From positions 128,001 to 192,000 of IMG/VR virus record IMGVR_UViG_3300044852_000015: 64,000 nucleotides of DNA; one strand, written 5' to 3'. Below, piece after piece: positions 46,054 through 55,732 of this stretch. Position 1 is the first letter of the stretch; each line of letters starts with the position of its first letter. The stretch is from a virus (Duplodnaviria; Caudoviricetes). Under the pieces are notes generated by a model. That model saw nothing but the letters and a program-made list of their open reading frames with translations, was not told where the DNA came from and did not search any database. The position numbers were made by a program, and so were the translations under genes.

Positions 46054-46671
46054 ATGGGGCGTTTAGTAAATCTGCTCGAGGAAGCTGAGCTTACCTTGAC
46101 TTACAGTGCAGAAGGAATCGCTTTGCTGGATGCTAGCGAAGCGGAGGTTCCAACCAAGGATGTTTATATCCTGTTGACCGACACCAAGACCTTAGTGAGT
46201 AAGGTTAGCCGTATGGTGACAGGTGATCCGTATAACCACGTATCGCTGATGCTGTCTGAGGACTTCGACGAGGGTATCTATACCTTCAGTCTCTCAAACG
46301 GACTCAATGGCATCTTCGGTGGCTTCATGGTCGAGGATCGTAAGAACCTGAAGGGGTCACACTACTCCATGTATCGTCTCGCTGTCACCAACAGCGTCTA
46401 CGACAAGATCAAGGTTAAGGTGACTGACTACGTTAACGCGGTAGACAAAACCTCCTACAACCACCTTGGGTTGTTCAATGCGATCTTCAAGAAAGGTATC
46501 TTCAAGTCTGAGGATGGCCAAGCTGCGATCTGTTCTGAGTTCGTGGTGGAAGTACTTAAGTTCGCTGGCGTAGAACTCTTCGCCAAAAGATTAGCGAGTA
46601 CTGTAAGACCTTACGACTTGGTCAAATCCAAGCTGCTGAAGTTCTACAAGCGTGGCGTCATAAAAGGCTGA
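46054..46671 (+). CDS. Permuted papain-like (NlpC/P60, YiiX-type) amidase/peptidase
   Basis: YNHVSL upstream of YN and CSEFV, terminal RP.DL. Confidence 0.8.
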   Translation: MGRLVNLLEEAELTLTYSAEGIALLDASEAEVPTKDVYILLTDTKTLVSKVSRMVTGDPYNHVSLMLSEDFDEGIYTFSLSNGLNGIFGGFMVEDRKNLKGSHYSMYRLAVTNSVYDKIKVKVTDYVNAVDKTSYNHLGLFNAIFKKGIFKSEDGQAAICSEFVVEVLKFAGVELFAKRLASTVRPYDLVKSKLLKFYKRGVIKG

Positions 46672-47280
46672 ATCCCCGGCTCACTTCGGTGAGTCGGTTT
46701 ATGACGGCATAAAAGCGCGGCTCGAGGGAATCTCAACCTACTCCAAGTGCCCCTCACCATTAGGTTGGTGGTGAGGCGACCTCGTTTCGCGCGGAATCCC
46801 TGCGGCTTTGCTTTTATGCTTTCTTACTGTTAAGTAGAACTGGCTTGTCGTACCCGTGATCGTCTTCCTCCCAAGGCCTTGGGAAGTACTGGCTCAATAG
46901 AGCACTACCTTAGATCCACACTGTTTTTGTGCTTACACCCTCGCGCTACTCCGGCCCCAAACTGAGGCTCTATCACATTGAAATGCTCGTGAACCTCTAA
47001 GCTCTATAAGGTGGCCAAGAGGTATGCTTACCCGGCCCTTTGCCGAGTGCATTACCACCGAACCACTTAAAGGTGATCTTAGAAAGGCGCAAGGCGTTTG
47101 ATTGTGGTTTGCCGGAATCTCTCCCTATGTTGGGTAACAAACTGAACACGAGCGTGTGCATCAGTCTGAAAAGAGCGAACTCTCTACCCCAACTAGAAAT
47201 CCCCAACCAAAGCCAGTTCTTCAACTCTTCTGTCACGGTGTGCGCATTAACCGTTGGCTTCAGGCTCAAGATTATACTTT

Positions 47281-47625
47281 TCAGAAGTCCTCTATGCCAG
47301 AACACGTACCACGAACGTGCGGCTGTCGGTACTCCTCCAAGTCACTACGCAGCAACTCGGGCCTGTGGTGCGAATGCCACCGCCGTTCGACTTCTACCAC
47401 CGGGTCGTAGTCTAAGACCATCCCGGCTGTGAGCGAAGGCACAATGGCACCGCAATCCAAGTGAGTGAACATTCCGAATGGTCCGTCCCCAACGCATTGT
47501 CGGGGTTCGGTTTGACCAGCTCGGTATTCTTCTTCAGTAACCACGTCCAAGCCGTGGTCAGCTAGAAGTCTCGCTAAGCCTAGTGCGCAACCGCCGATGA
47601 TCAAGATCCGTCGTGCGGTACCCAA
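47281..47625 (-). CDS. Hypothetical protein
   Basis: 114 aa in phuZ operon, AAGGA RBS. Confidence 0.55.
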   Translation of the reverse strand: MGTARRILIIGGCALGLARLLADHGLDVVTEEEYRAGQTEPRQCVGDGPFGMFTHLDCGAIVPSLTAGMVLDYDPVVEVERRWHSHHRPELLRSDLEEYRQPHVRGTCSGIEDF

Positions 47626-47637
47626 TAGACATCCTTA

Positions 47638-47829
47638 TCAGCCCAGACCGATACCAGAAGGACGGTTCTCGACCTGATGTTTCGCAGGATCGTAAACTAC
47701 CTTCTCGTACAGGTTGTGCCAAGGTTTACCCAAACAGCAAGTGCATTGGAAAACGTTACCCGCTGGCTTGCTCAGGAGTTCAATGGTTCCACACCTGTCG
47801 CAAGCGTATTCCAGCAACGTACCGCTCAT
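47638..47829 (-). CDS. Small zinc-ribbon protein
   Basis: CDRC...CTCC; coupled to phuZ stop. Confidence 0.7.
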   Translation of the reverse strand: MSGTLLEYACDRCGTIELLSKPAGNVFQCTCCLGKPWHNLYEKVVYDPAKHQVENRPSGIGLG

Positions 47830-48791
47830 TACAACACCAAGCCGTCGTCAGTAGTGGCAGTGTCGCCCACCAGATCAACAGCAGCAGCACGACCTTCACG
47901 ACGACGAATGAAGTCGTCCAGAGTCTTCTGGAGTTTCTCGTAAGTAGCATCGAGATTCTCGGTGGACACCACGAGGTGAACTTCGCTAACACCTTCGATA
48001 GCGGTCTTGAAGTAGCCGGTGCACGGATACTCTGGGATCGGTTCTTCCAGGTGCTTCTGATCACGGTCGCTGTAGAGCGAAGCGATGGTGATCGGGTCCT
48101 TGATGGCCGCAACGGCTTCAGGGCTGTAGAAGATGTCCAACATCGCCAGTTGTGCAGGCACGCTGGTCGAGTGGTTGAAACGCAGCCAGTTGGCAACGTC
48201 TTTGGTGTCCAGCTCGTCGTTCTGACGCGAAGTCAGGTAGCACAGGCTGGAGATGGCCAGGTGGAGCTGACCGTCGACTACCGAACGAGTGCACTCGCCG
48301 CCGTTGTGACGGTAGTACATGACGATCGGGGTATCGACTTGTTTGGAGATGGCTGCCAGCGACTTGATGGTGTTCAGGCTGTTCTGTGCAGTGATGGTCG
48401 ATTCCGAAGAACCCGCCAACAGTACCACAACCGAGTGACCACGGGCTGCCAGTTCTTTGGCCAACAGTGGACCAATAACCGAACCCGAACCGCCGGATGC
48501 CGAGAAGACCACGATGTTGAAGTCTTCAGGAACTTGTTGCAGAAGGATCTGCTTGACCGCTGCGGAGATCTGCGCGTGGTTCTCTTTACGCACTTTACCG
48601 GAGCCGTCGGTTTTGTCGAGGACGTAGATCGAGCTTTCGTCTTCGATGCCGGCCAGGTTGGAACGGCTGGTGTCAACGAAGCTGACCAGTGGGGTAGCGA
48701 AGCCAGGAGCTGGAGGACGACCGATGTAAGTCTTGACGATGTTCGTACCCAGACCACCACAGCCGTACAGACGCACTTTACCTTGTTCCAT
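47829..48791 (-). CDS. phuZ: Phage tubulin PhuZ
   Basis: GCGGLGTNI, DGSGK, SGGSGS, ELDTKD, C-terminal DDGLVL. Confidence 0.95.
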   Translation of the reverse strand: MEQGKVRLYGCGGLGTNIVKTYIGRPPAPGFATPLVSFVDTSRSNLAGIEDESSIYVLDKTDGSGKVRKENHAQISAAVKQILLQQVPEDFNIVVFSASGGSGSVIGPLLAKELAARGHSVVVLLAGSSESTITAQNSLNTIKSLAAISKQVDTPIVMYYRHNGGECTRSVVDGQLHLAISSLCYLTSRQNDELDTKDVANWLRFNHSTSVPAQLAMLDIFYSPEAVAAIKDPITIASLYSDRDQKHLEEPIPEYPCTGYFKTAIEGVSEVHLVVSTENLDATYEKLQKTLDDFIRRREGRAAAVDLVGDTATTDDGLVL

Positions 48792-48854
48792 GTTTTCAAC
48801 TTCCTAGCTTTTAAGATTAGACGAGTAGTCCAATGGAGTTCCCAGACTTAGGGG

Positions 48855-49184
48855 TTACTCAGCTTTTAGTTTGCGGATCAACTTAACCAGTTCGGAGTGG
48901 CAGTGTGTGAGCGTGTACGAATTACTGTCCAGTCGCCGGTACAGAGAATCGAAGGTAGCCTCTTCAGGTTCCCAACACTCCTCCAACCCGTGACACGAAC
49001 AATGTGACCCGTTCACTTCCCATAACTTACCGTCTCTGCGAAACAAGACAAACGCGGAACCATCGTAGTCCTCGTACACGTACGAAGCCAACAATATCTC
49101 TACGCCTACCAAGTCTGCGTCACTGAGGTTAAAATCGTTCTTCAAACCTTCAAACTGCGATGTTGCCCAGTCGTGCATATACAT
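48855..49184 (-). CDS. Conserved phage hypothetical protein
   Basis: YDGSAFVLF, GSHCSCHGLE motif. Confidence 0.75.
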   Translation of the reverse strand: MYMHDWATSQFEGLKNDFNLSDADLVGVEILLASYVYEDYDGSAFVLFRRDGKLWEVNGSHCSCHGLEECWEPEEATFDSLYRRLDSNSYTLTHCHSELVKLIRKLKAE

Positions 49185-49392
49185 TTAACTAATCTCTACT
49201 AAGCTTCGATGCTTCGAGGCTTTTCTCGTCAAGTGAGAATGTAGGGGTGATCGGTTAAATCTGGGAACTCGATTGAACGAGAGCGCATTACTCTCAATAG
49301 ATACTTCCTCTGTATCTTTTTTTACAGACGTACCGCCTATGGTGCGTTATTGAATGACCGCAGGGTCTTCTTTATCAACCCGGAGGTGCTAA

Positions 49393-50208
49393 GTGAATCC
49401 AATTCAGAAAGCAATCTCGGACGTGAAAGCGGCGATCCCTCGGGAGATCCTCGAACGAACGTTCATGAAACCTGATAACGTAGCTCTAGGGCAACGTCAG
49501 AGTTTCACCCCAACCTCCTTGGACTTCCGTATTCGTACGGCGGTCATTGAAGGTAACGTACTCCCCGACTGTAACTTGGTGGGTGGTACCGAAGTAACGA
49601 TCCCTCTGGTAGAAGTTCTACCGCAGTGGATCACTGACTACAACGTGTTGTACCGTATCCCGAAACACCTGACTCAGAACCGCAGTATCTTGCGACTGAT
49701 TCACATGACCTTCGGTGACGGTGGTGTGGTCGGTAGTATGAACCTCGCGCAACAAGGTCGTTCTCCGATGCTAGACGGGGCTCAAGGGGTGCTCCAAGCT
49801 CACCTCCCGATTCCAATCGTCTCGACAGCGAACATGGAGATCGTGGGTGAAAACGTAGTGTTGGTGAAAGACAACGTCACGATGCCGGGTAACCCGTATC
49901 TACGTTGTGTGATTGAGGGCGACACTGAACTCAACCACTTGCAACCTACCTCCTACCGTCACTTCAGCCGACTGGTGATCTTGGCGACCAAGCAATATAT
50001 CTTCAACAACATGGCGGTTGCTACTGACCAAGCGGCGTTGTCGGGCGGTATGGCGTTGGGTCGTATTCGTGAAATCATTGACGGCTACTCAGATGCCTAC
50101 GAACAGTACGAGGAATACTTCGAGACTGTCTGGAGAAAAGTGGCATTGTTCAATGATCCAGAAGCCAACAAGCGTCACTTAAAGTACATTACTGGGGGTC
50201 GCTGGTAA
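49393..50208 (+). CDS. Conserved phiKZ-like core protein
   Basis: 271 aa, GGAGG RBS with GTG start. Confidence 0.7.
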   Translation: MNPIQKAISDVKAAIPREILERTFMKPDNVALGQRQSFTPTSLDFRIRTAVIEGNVLPDCNLVGGTEVTIPLVEVLPQWITDYNVLYRIPKHLTQNRSILRLIHMTFGDGGVVGSMNLAQQGRSPMLDGAQGVLQAHLPIPIVSTANMEIVGENVVLVKDNVTMPGNPYLRCVIEGDTELNHLQPTSYRHFSRLVILATKQYIFNNMAVATDQAALSGGMALGRIREIIDGYSDAYEQYEEYFETVWRKVALFNDPEANKRHLKYITGGRW

Positions 50209-50960
50209 TGACCTACCAAGAAGGTAAGTACAGTACGTTCACCCACAACGGTAAGGAGTACCCTCTCGACCCGTTTCTGAAGCGTGCTGAGAAGCTCCAC
50301 GCTAAGTCAGTTTCTATGGCGAAGCTGGAGTGGAACGTACAAACAGCACAGCCTGATCCGAAACGGGTGGCCACTGCTGACATCAATTACCCAATCCTCT
50401 ACACGATTGACCCTAAGTGGGGATACGTCGTAGTGGATGGTCTGCACCGTTTGACCAAAGCTTACCAAATGGGCAAGCGGTCGATCATGGGTAAAGAAAT
50501 ACCTCAAGAGTGGTTTGACGAGATAGGTACCGTTTCAATGGAAGACTCAAGCAATCCATCCTACACCGTTGGTCAGGTAACCCGTGAGCAAGCGTTCGAG
50601 TGGTTGGCACAAAGCCGCCAGCAACGCCCAGAGCCGCTTCTACAGGACTCCTATAGCCCAGGTGGCACTGGGGTAGACCGTGTGTACGCCTTCGCTTACA
50701 ACGGAGACGAAATCGTAGGTTACGCTAGCCTGTTGAATGGTCAGCGTTACTTGATCGACATGTACGTCCCTGAGTCACTACGTGGTAAAGGGATTGGTCG
50801 ACAACTGATTGACTCACTGTTGGTAGATCTGGTGGTAGTCCGTAAAGATCAGGAAGACATCATTGCTTTCCTGAAGGCTGTAGGCTTCTCGCTGGAGAAC
50901 GACTTTGTTAACACCAGAGTCTATCGGAAGTATCACGGGGCTAAAGTCCACGCTTACTGA
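50208..50960 (+). CDS. ParB/Srx-like domain fused to GNAT acetyltransferase
   Basis: YPIL...VVDGLHRL.KA; MYVPESLRGKGIGRQLI...FLKAVGF. Confidence 0.75.
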   Translation: MTYQEGKYSTFTHNGKEYPLDPFLKRAEKLHAKSVSMAKLEWNVQTAQPDPKRVATADINYPILYTIDPKWGYVVVDGLHRLTKAYQMGKRSIMGKEIPQEWFDEIGTVSMEDSSNPSYTVGQVTREQAFEWLAQSRQQRPEPLLQDSYSPGGTGVDRVYAFAYNGDEIVGYASLLNGQRYLIDMYVPESLRGKGIGRQLIDSLLVDLVVVRKDQEDIIAFLKAVGFSLENDFVNTRVYRKYHGAKVHAY

Positions 50961-51000
50961 CGGCATAGAGAGAGGCGGTGAGCCTCTCTCTTTTATGCGC

Positions 51001-51369
51001 TTAGTAGCGCTTATTCCACGAGTAGCTCGGTTCATCCTTCAGCTTGATGACCTCGTACCCCGGAGCAGCAAAGGTAAAGTATCCCACACTTGTGGTCATT
51101 ACGATGGCACTGCGGTCACGAAGGTTGATCGACCATGCTACTTTGCGGACAGTGTCCTCGAAGTTTACTTCAAGTGCTTGGTAGTGCTTACGAGCGTACT
51201 CCATAAGCGCACCAGTGAGCCGGAGCTTGACGTTGTCCAGCAGACTGACCTTCTCTAGGTCCCGAGTCTCACATCGTCCTATACGACCTGTCAGAGCTTC
51301 GATGTGTTTTTGGAACTCTAGCTTGTGTAACATCAGCTCAGAAGCGGTGTACTCTTTATATTCAGACAT
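51001..51369 (-). CDS. Hypothetical protein
   Basis: Likely start MSEYKE. Confidence 0.65.
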   Translation of the reverse strand: MSEYKEYTASELMLHKLEFQKHIEALTGRIGRCETRDLEKVSLLDNVKLRLTGALMEYARKHYQALEVNFEDTVRKVAWSINLRDRSAIVMTTSVGYFTFAAPGYEVIKLKDEPSYSWNKRY

Positions 51370-51763
51370 TCTACGGTCTTCTTCGATTATGAAGGTTAAG
51401 TGATAGTGGCCTTTCATAATCATGATGTACTATCTATATTTATTTAAGGAAAATTCGGAATTTTTTATTTTTGCTCTTAAAGCTCTTCGTGGTAGTGGTT
51501 GACATGGAGGCTTGGTCGTACTCGCGTACTAGCCTCCTGTACTCTACCGGTGTAGCGTAAACTCCCTGCGGGAGAAAAAGGCTAGGATAGACTATGGAGT
51601 AGGCTATGCTAACGCAGCCACTCAATAAACAATATTGTTAAAGCTTCGCTTTGTTGTTTATCAATCCCCCCAAACCCCCCTTTACCATCGAAAAAACTTG
51701 TTACTACAAAACATATAACAACCGAACTATTCTTTTACACAAGCAGGGGCTAAACCCCTGCGT

Positions 51764-52168
51764 TTACGTGTAGAAGTAGTCAGTGGTGTCAACATCGAGG
51801 AATGTCACAGTCACTTGGAACAACAACGACTTGAAGTCCTGAGGTGCTACAGAGAACAACTCCCCGTCCACCACAACGTAGTAACTGTCGTAGAACAACC
51901 GACGAAGTTGTGTACAGATCTCACTGCGAGCGAGGAACACATTAGGACGAACCTTAATGTCATCCTTCATACACACTCGTTTCAGGTGATCGTAGATATA
52001 CAAGTGGATATTCTTACGACCTACCGCAGTATCAACCCCCACTTCCCGCAAAGCCACGAATCCATCCACTGTGCCTTCTAGGAAGCTCTCTAACGAACGT
52101 TGTGTCCGATTGAGTACCAAACCTAAGGACTCAGCTAGCACAGCTCCTGTGTCTCTACAATCACTCAT
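51764..52168 (-). CDS. Hypothetical protein
   Basis: Likely start MSDCRD. Confidence 0.6.
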   Translation of the reverse strand: MSDCRDTGAVLAESLGLVLNRTQRSLESFLEGTVDGFVALREVGVDTAVGRKNIHLYIYDHLKRVCMKDDIKVRPNVFLARSEICTQLRRLFYDSYYVVVDGELFSVAPQDFKSLLFQVTVTFLDVDTTDYFYT

Positions 52169-52218
52169 CTGAAACCCCCAGCATAATGAGGCCACCGGGA
52201 GGGCAGCCTCAGAATGAT

Positions 52219-52707
52219 TTACACCGCACACGCAATGTAGAGCGCAGCGTCTTCCATGGTTGCCACTACCACAGCACCGGAGTCGGTCAACTGGGTGTGT
52301 AACTTGGAACGATCAGGACGACCCTCAGGTAACACTACCAACGTGTCCTCAGGGCTAGCCATAGCCGCAGCCGCCAGTTCTTCGTAACCGGAGAAGCCAG
52401 TCTGTTCTTCTGGCAACACAAACACCTTGGTAGCCGCACTGAGCTGACTCAGGACATCGGCAACAGCCGCTTCCTGTAGCTGTACAGTTTCCAAGGAAGG
52501 TTGAGCACCAGCGCTAACGTTCCAGACTTTAACTTCTTTGTGGCACTCCATGAGCACCGCTTCCCATTCGCCGGACTGGACGCCACCATAAATGATAACG
52601 TTACGTTCGTTCTTGATCCCGTCAACGTCTGCCAACTCGTCATTAGGAGTGGCAACGTGATCTGGACCTTCGCCTGCATCTTCGTCGAAGTAATCACTGA
52701 GAGACAT
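52219..52707 (-). CDS. Possible nucleoside 2-deoxyribosyltransferase-like Rossmannoid protein
   Basis: VIIYGG...W, VFVL...TGFSGYEELA...LVV pattern; AAGGAG RBS. Confidence 0.45.
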   Translation of the reverse strand: MSLSDYFDEDAGEGPDHVATPNDELADVDGIKNERNVIIYGGVQSGEWEAVLMECHKEVKVWNVSAGAQPSLETVQLQEAAVADVLSQLSAATKVFVLPEEQTGFSGYEELAAAAMASPEDTLVVLPEGRPDRSKLHTQLTDSGAVVVATMEDAALYIACAV

Positions 52708-52798
52708 CTTTAACTCCTTAAGTACAGTTGGTCTCATAACCTATATCGGAACAAAAAAAGAAAGGGAGTACAAACCCCCTTTTCCTTTTGGCACCACC

Positions 52799-53401
52799 TT
52801 ACACCTTCTGGCGTAAGGCAGCTTTCCCACGCACCACTTGAATGAAACCCCCATCGAGGGTTACAGACATGTGGGCTTCTTCACAACGTTTGACGTTCTC
52901 AGCATTGAGTGTGCCGTCTTGGTTGATCAGGCAACGGTGAATACGTTCACCCAGTAGCCGCAGCTCCTTGAGTGTAGGTTGTGCTTCTTTCGGGTAACCT
53001 TCGAGCAAGTACACATGCTCGTAGAATATACCGAAGTGGCGAATCAAATCGCCCACGGGGTCTTCCACTTTCGACTTGTGGTCTGGCATGGTCGGGGTTC
53101 CTACATGTGCCCAGCGGTCCTTCAGTTCTTGCATCGCAGCCTTGGCATTGTCAGGCCCTAGGAAAGCAACCATCGCACGAGCCATTCCGTTCGCAACACT
53201 TTCTTCAGTGAAGGTCACGTCTGGGTTTTCTTCCAGGTATTGCTCGAGGAAGGTTTTAGGCTGTTCATAGGTATCTGACATCATGACACCCCGTACCGGT
53301 TCTTCACCGGTGTAGTTGGGAATTACGGACAGACCGCAGTCCATGATGCTGCTGAAGTCGCAGGTGGTTCCGTCTTCTAAGACTTGGGTATGATTATTCA
53401 T
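52799..53401 (-). CDS. Hypothetical protein
   Basis: 200 aa ORF. Confidence 0.7.
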   Translation of the reverse strand: MNNHTQVLEDGTTCDFSSIMDCGLSVIPNYTGEEPVRGVMMSDTYEQPKTFLEQYLEENPDVTFTEESVANGMARAMVAFLGPDNAKAAMQELKDRWAHVGTPTMPDHKSKVEDPVGDLIRHFGIFYEHVYLLEGYPKEAQPTLKELRLLGERIHRCLINQDGTLNAENVKRCEEAHMSVTLDGGFIQVVRGKAALRQKV

Positions 53402-53475
53402 GCGGTGTTGCTCCAGTAAAAAAAGAAAACCACGAGAGCCCCGAAGGACTCCCGTAGCTAGAAGAACCAGTCCAG

Positions 53476-54108
53476 TTAGATGGATGATTCTTGGTTGTTG
53501 GCCAACTCGTTCATCGCCCGGTTCACGATGTCGTCAGCACTTTCTGCTACCGGCGCCGTTGGGGTTGCTACCCCTTGAGCCACATCGGAGGTTGGTGTGG
53601 CGATTTGCATCAAGGCCTGACGCAGTTCATCGGTCAGCTCAGCACCCAGCGTACCGGGCTCAGCGCTACCATGGATCACGTTCAGGAGGTCCTTGTTCAC
53701 CGGTTCCGCTTTGGTGTGGCCGGTGAGTTCATCGACGTGGTCCCAAACCCGTTGAGTGAAGCCAGGGTCTTTCAGCTCGTGTTGTTCACACAGGCCAGCG
53801 ATCTTGGCGATCTCACGGTCAACTACGTCCAGTGCGACTTTGTCGTGGTCACGCTCAGCCTTTTCATGGGCCGAGTGCAGAGCCACGATTTCAGCCACGA
53901 TGCGATCTTTCGGCCAGTTCTTCAGCATCACTTCCATGACAGGGCCTGGCTGGCTGCGTGGAACAACTGCCTGACGCCGGATTTCTACTGGAACTTTCGA
54001 AGGGCGTACTTTAGGAACATTGGCCGTGGCAAAGATCGCACTGCACATAGCGCTACAGTGATCCAACATGTCGCCAACAAGGTTCGAGGTGCGTGGGATT
54101 ACGTTCAT
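53476..54108 (-). CDS. Hypothetical protein
   Basis: 210 aa, AAGGAG RBS. Confidence 0.75.
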   Translation of the reverse strand: MNVIPRTSNLVGDMLDHCSAMCSAIFATANVPKVRPSKVPVEIRRQAVVPRSQPGPVMEVMLKNWPKDRIVAEIVALHSAHEKAERDHDKVALDVVDREIAKIAGLCEQHELKDPGFTQRVWDHVDELTGHTKAEPVNKDLLNVIHGSAEPGTLGAELTDELRQALMQIATPTSDVAQGVATPTAPVAESADDIVNRAMNELANNQESSI

Positions 54109-54179
54109 GGTGTCTCTCCTTAGAGAAGAAGGTTAGTAGGTAGAGCCAACACTATTGTCAGCTCTACTATTGAGGGGTA

Positions 54180-55172
54180 TTACAGACCGTCGACGCGAAC
54201 CAGATCCCACAGGGTGTTCTTATCGAAGTCAGAGTAGTCTGCGATACGATCAACCATGTCGTCTTCTTTGTTCATGACGTTACCGCCAACCGAGCAGGTG
54301 CTCAGCTCTGGTTTACCGTCTTGCAGTTCAACTGGGTTCAGGCAGAACAGTTTACCTTCCATCAGCGCCACAACATGTTCGCGCTGACCAGGTTGGCCGA
54401 AGATTGCAACGTGCGACAGTTGGGTATATTCCCGACCGTTGTTGTGGTTATCTTTCACAAAGCCGTTGGCGGCCACTACAGCTTCCACGATCGCAGCATT
54501 GCGAGCGCGGATCTTTTCAATCAATGGGTTCATCTCTTTTTCTTCCTTCTGAGGAATGGTAGGTTCGGTAAGCGAGATCATGTCAGCGATGAAGTCTTCT
54601 CGCTTGATCAGTTGACCCAGGGTTGGGTAGCTCCACTCGGTAACAACCGACTGGTAGTTCAGGCTGAACACCGCGTACATGTCATTGTGGCGAACCAACA
54701 CATGTGTGGAATCATCCTTGTGCAGGAACGCTTTGTAAGCATCACCAGGAATCTTGTCCAGCAGGATTGCTTCGACAACAGCGTCAACCACAGCTTGGTT
54801 GATTGTAGCAACAGGTTTAGCGACTTCCATTTCAGCCTCCAGTGTTTCGAAAGGGATTACACCGATGATCTTGCCACCGAAAGAATCCCAGTAGGCAGCA
54901 GCGGCTTCTTCGATGTATGCGTGCTTGTGACCATCAACGTGACCAGCGAAGTGTGGGCTGGCTACACGATAGCCACCTTCTTCACGAACCTTGATTTCAC
55001 GCAGCGGTGCTTCTTTACCATCTTCCAGGTAAACCAGAGTCAGGTGACCATCGGCAGCTTTGTAGATGCCCATGAAACCTTTGGTGATCAGCTCACCTGC
55101 GAAGTACACACCGTTGTTCTTGATGAACTGGGTGGCAACGCGTACAGCAACAACGGAGTTAGTGTTAGTCAT
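54180..55172 (-). CDS. Hypothetical early protein
   Basis: 330 aa after promoter 55234. Confidence 0.78.
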   Translation of the reverse strand: MTNTNSVVAVRVATQFIKNNGVYFAGELITKGFMGIYKAADGHLTLVYLEDGKEAPLREIKVREEGGYRVASPHFAGHVDGHKHAYIEEAAAAYWDSFGGKIIGVIPFETLEAEMEVAKPVATINQAVVDAVVEAILLDKIPGDAYKAFLHKDDSTHVLVRHNDMYAVFSLNYQSVVTEWSYPTLGQLIKREDFIADMISLTEPTIPQKEEKEMNPLIEKIRARNAAIVEAVVAANGFVKDNHNNGREYTQLSHVAIFGQPGQREHVVALMEGKLFCLNPVELQDGKPELSTCSVGGNVMNKEDDMVDRIADYSDFDKNTLWDLVRVDGL

Positions 55173-55233
55173 GATGCTTTTCCTTCTGAGGATTAGAGGT
55201 TAGTGAACAAGATTTTCTATCCTATTCACCAAG

Positions 55234-55257
55234 GTAATATGTATCTGAGATTTTTTT
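55234..55257 (-). promoter_or_regulatory. Phage early-type promoter
   Basis: AAAAAAATCTCAGATACATATTAC. Confidence 0.75.
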
Positions 55258-55260
55258 AAT

Positions 55261-55620
55261 TCAAACTTTAGGATCGTAGTACAAATCCAACACGACCTTG
55301 ACTTGGCTGTTCACGCAACCGCACTTCATGGCGCTGTAGAACCCAGGGTCAATGTAGGACCCCTCTTTTACCAGATTGCGTAACAGGAGACGACGTAGGG
55401 CATACACTCCTGTTAACGCAGTACAACCGAGCTGTAGGGCCAGATTGTATTTTCGTTCAAGGTCTTCTACTTCTAACAACACTTTAACGGCGACGGGATC
55501 AACGTAACCACGGGCGAGCGTCCGTAATAGCCCGAGTCGGATCTGCACCTCTTCGTCTGCGTCGGCGTTAACTGCAAGTGAATTAAATAACTGTCGAGTC
55601 TTTTCCTTTTGCGCGACCAT
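55261..55620 (-). CDS. Hypothetical protein
   Basis: Likely start MVAQKEK downstream of promoter 55663. Confidence 0.6.
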   Translation of the reverse strand: MVAQKEKTRQLFNSLAVNADADEEVQIRLGLLRTLARGYVDPVAVKVLLEVEDLERKYNLALQLGCTALTGVYALRRLLLRNLVKEGSYIDPGFYSAMKCGCVNSQVKVVLDLYYDPKV

Positions 55621-55662
55621 GTCAAACCCCACTAAGAGTGAAGAAGTTATTCTTGCACTTAG

Positions 55663-55680
55663 GTAATATAGGTTCGAAAT
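55663..55680 (-). promoter_or_regulatory. Phage early-type promoter
   Basis: TTTCGAACCTATATTAC. Confidence 0.7.
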
Positions 55681-55732
55681 AATTTTTAATGAGCGGTATT
55701 TTGTGACTACAGTTACTCCTGAGGCGTCCCAC

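Noticed and set aside
46997-47305. 102 aa ORF downstream of the phuZ operon
   Set aside because: No clear RBS or motif and competing frames; coding status unresolved
22224-54152. Shared 12-mer TAGAGCCAACAC at 22224 and 54141
   Set aside because: Only two copies in hairpin arms; compatible with chance
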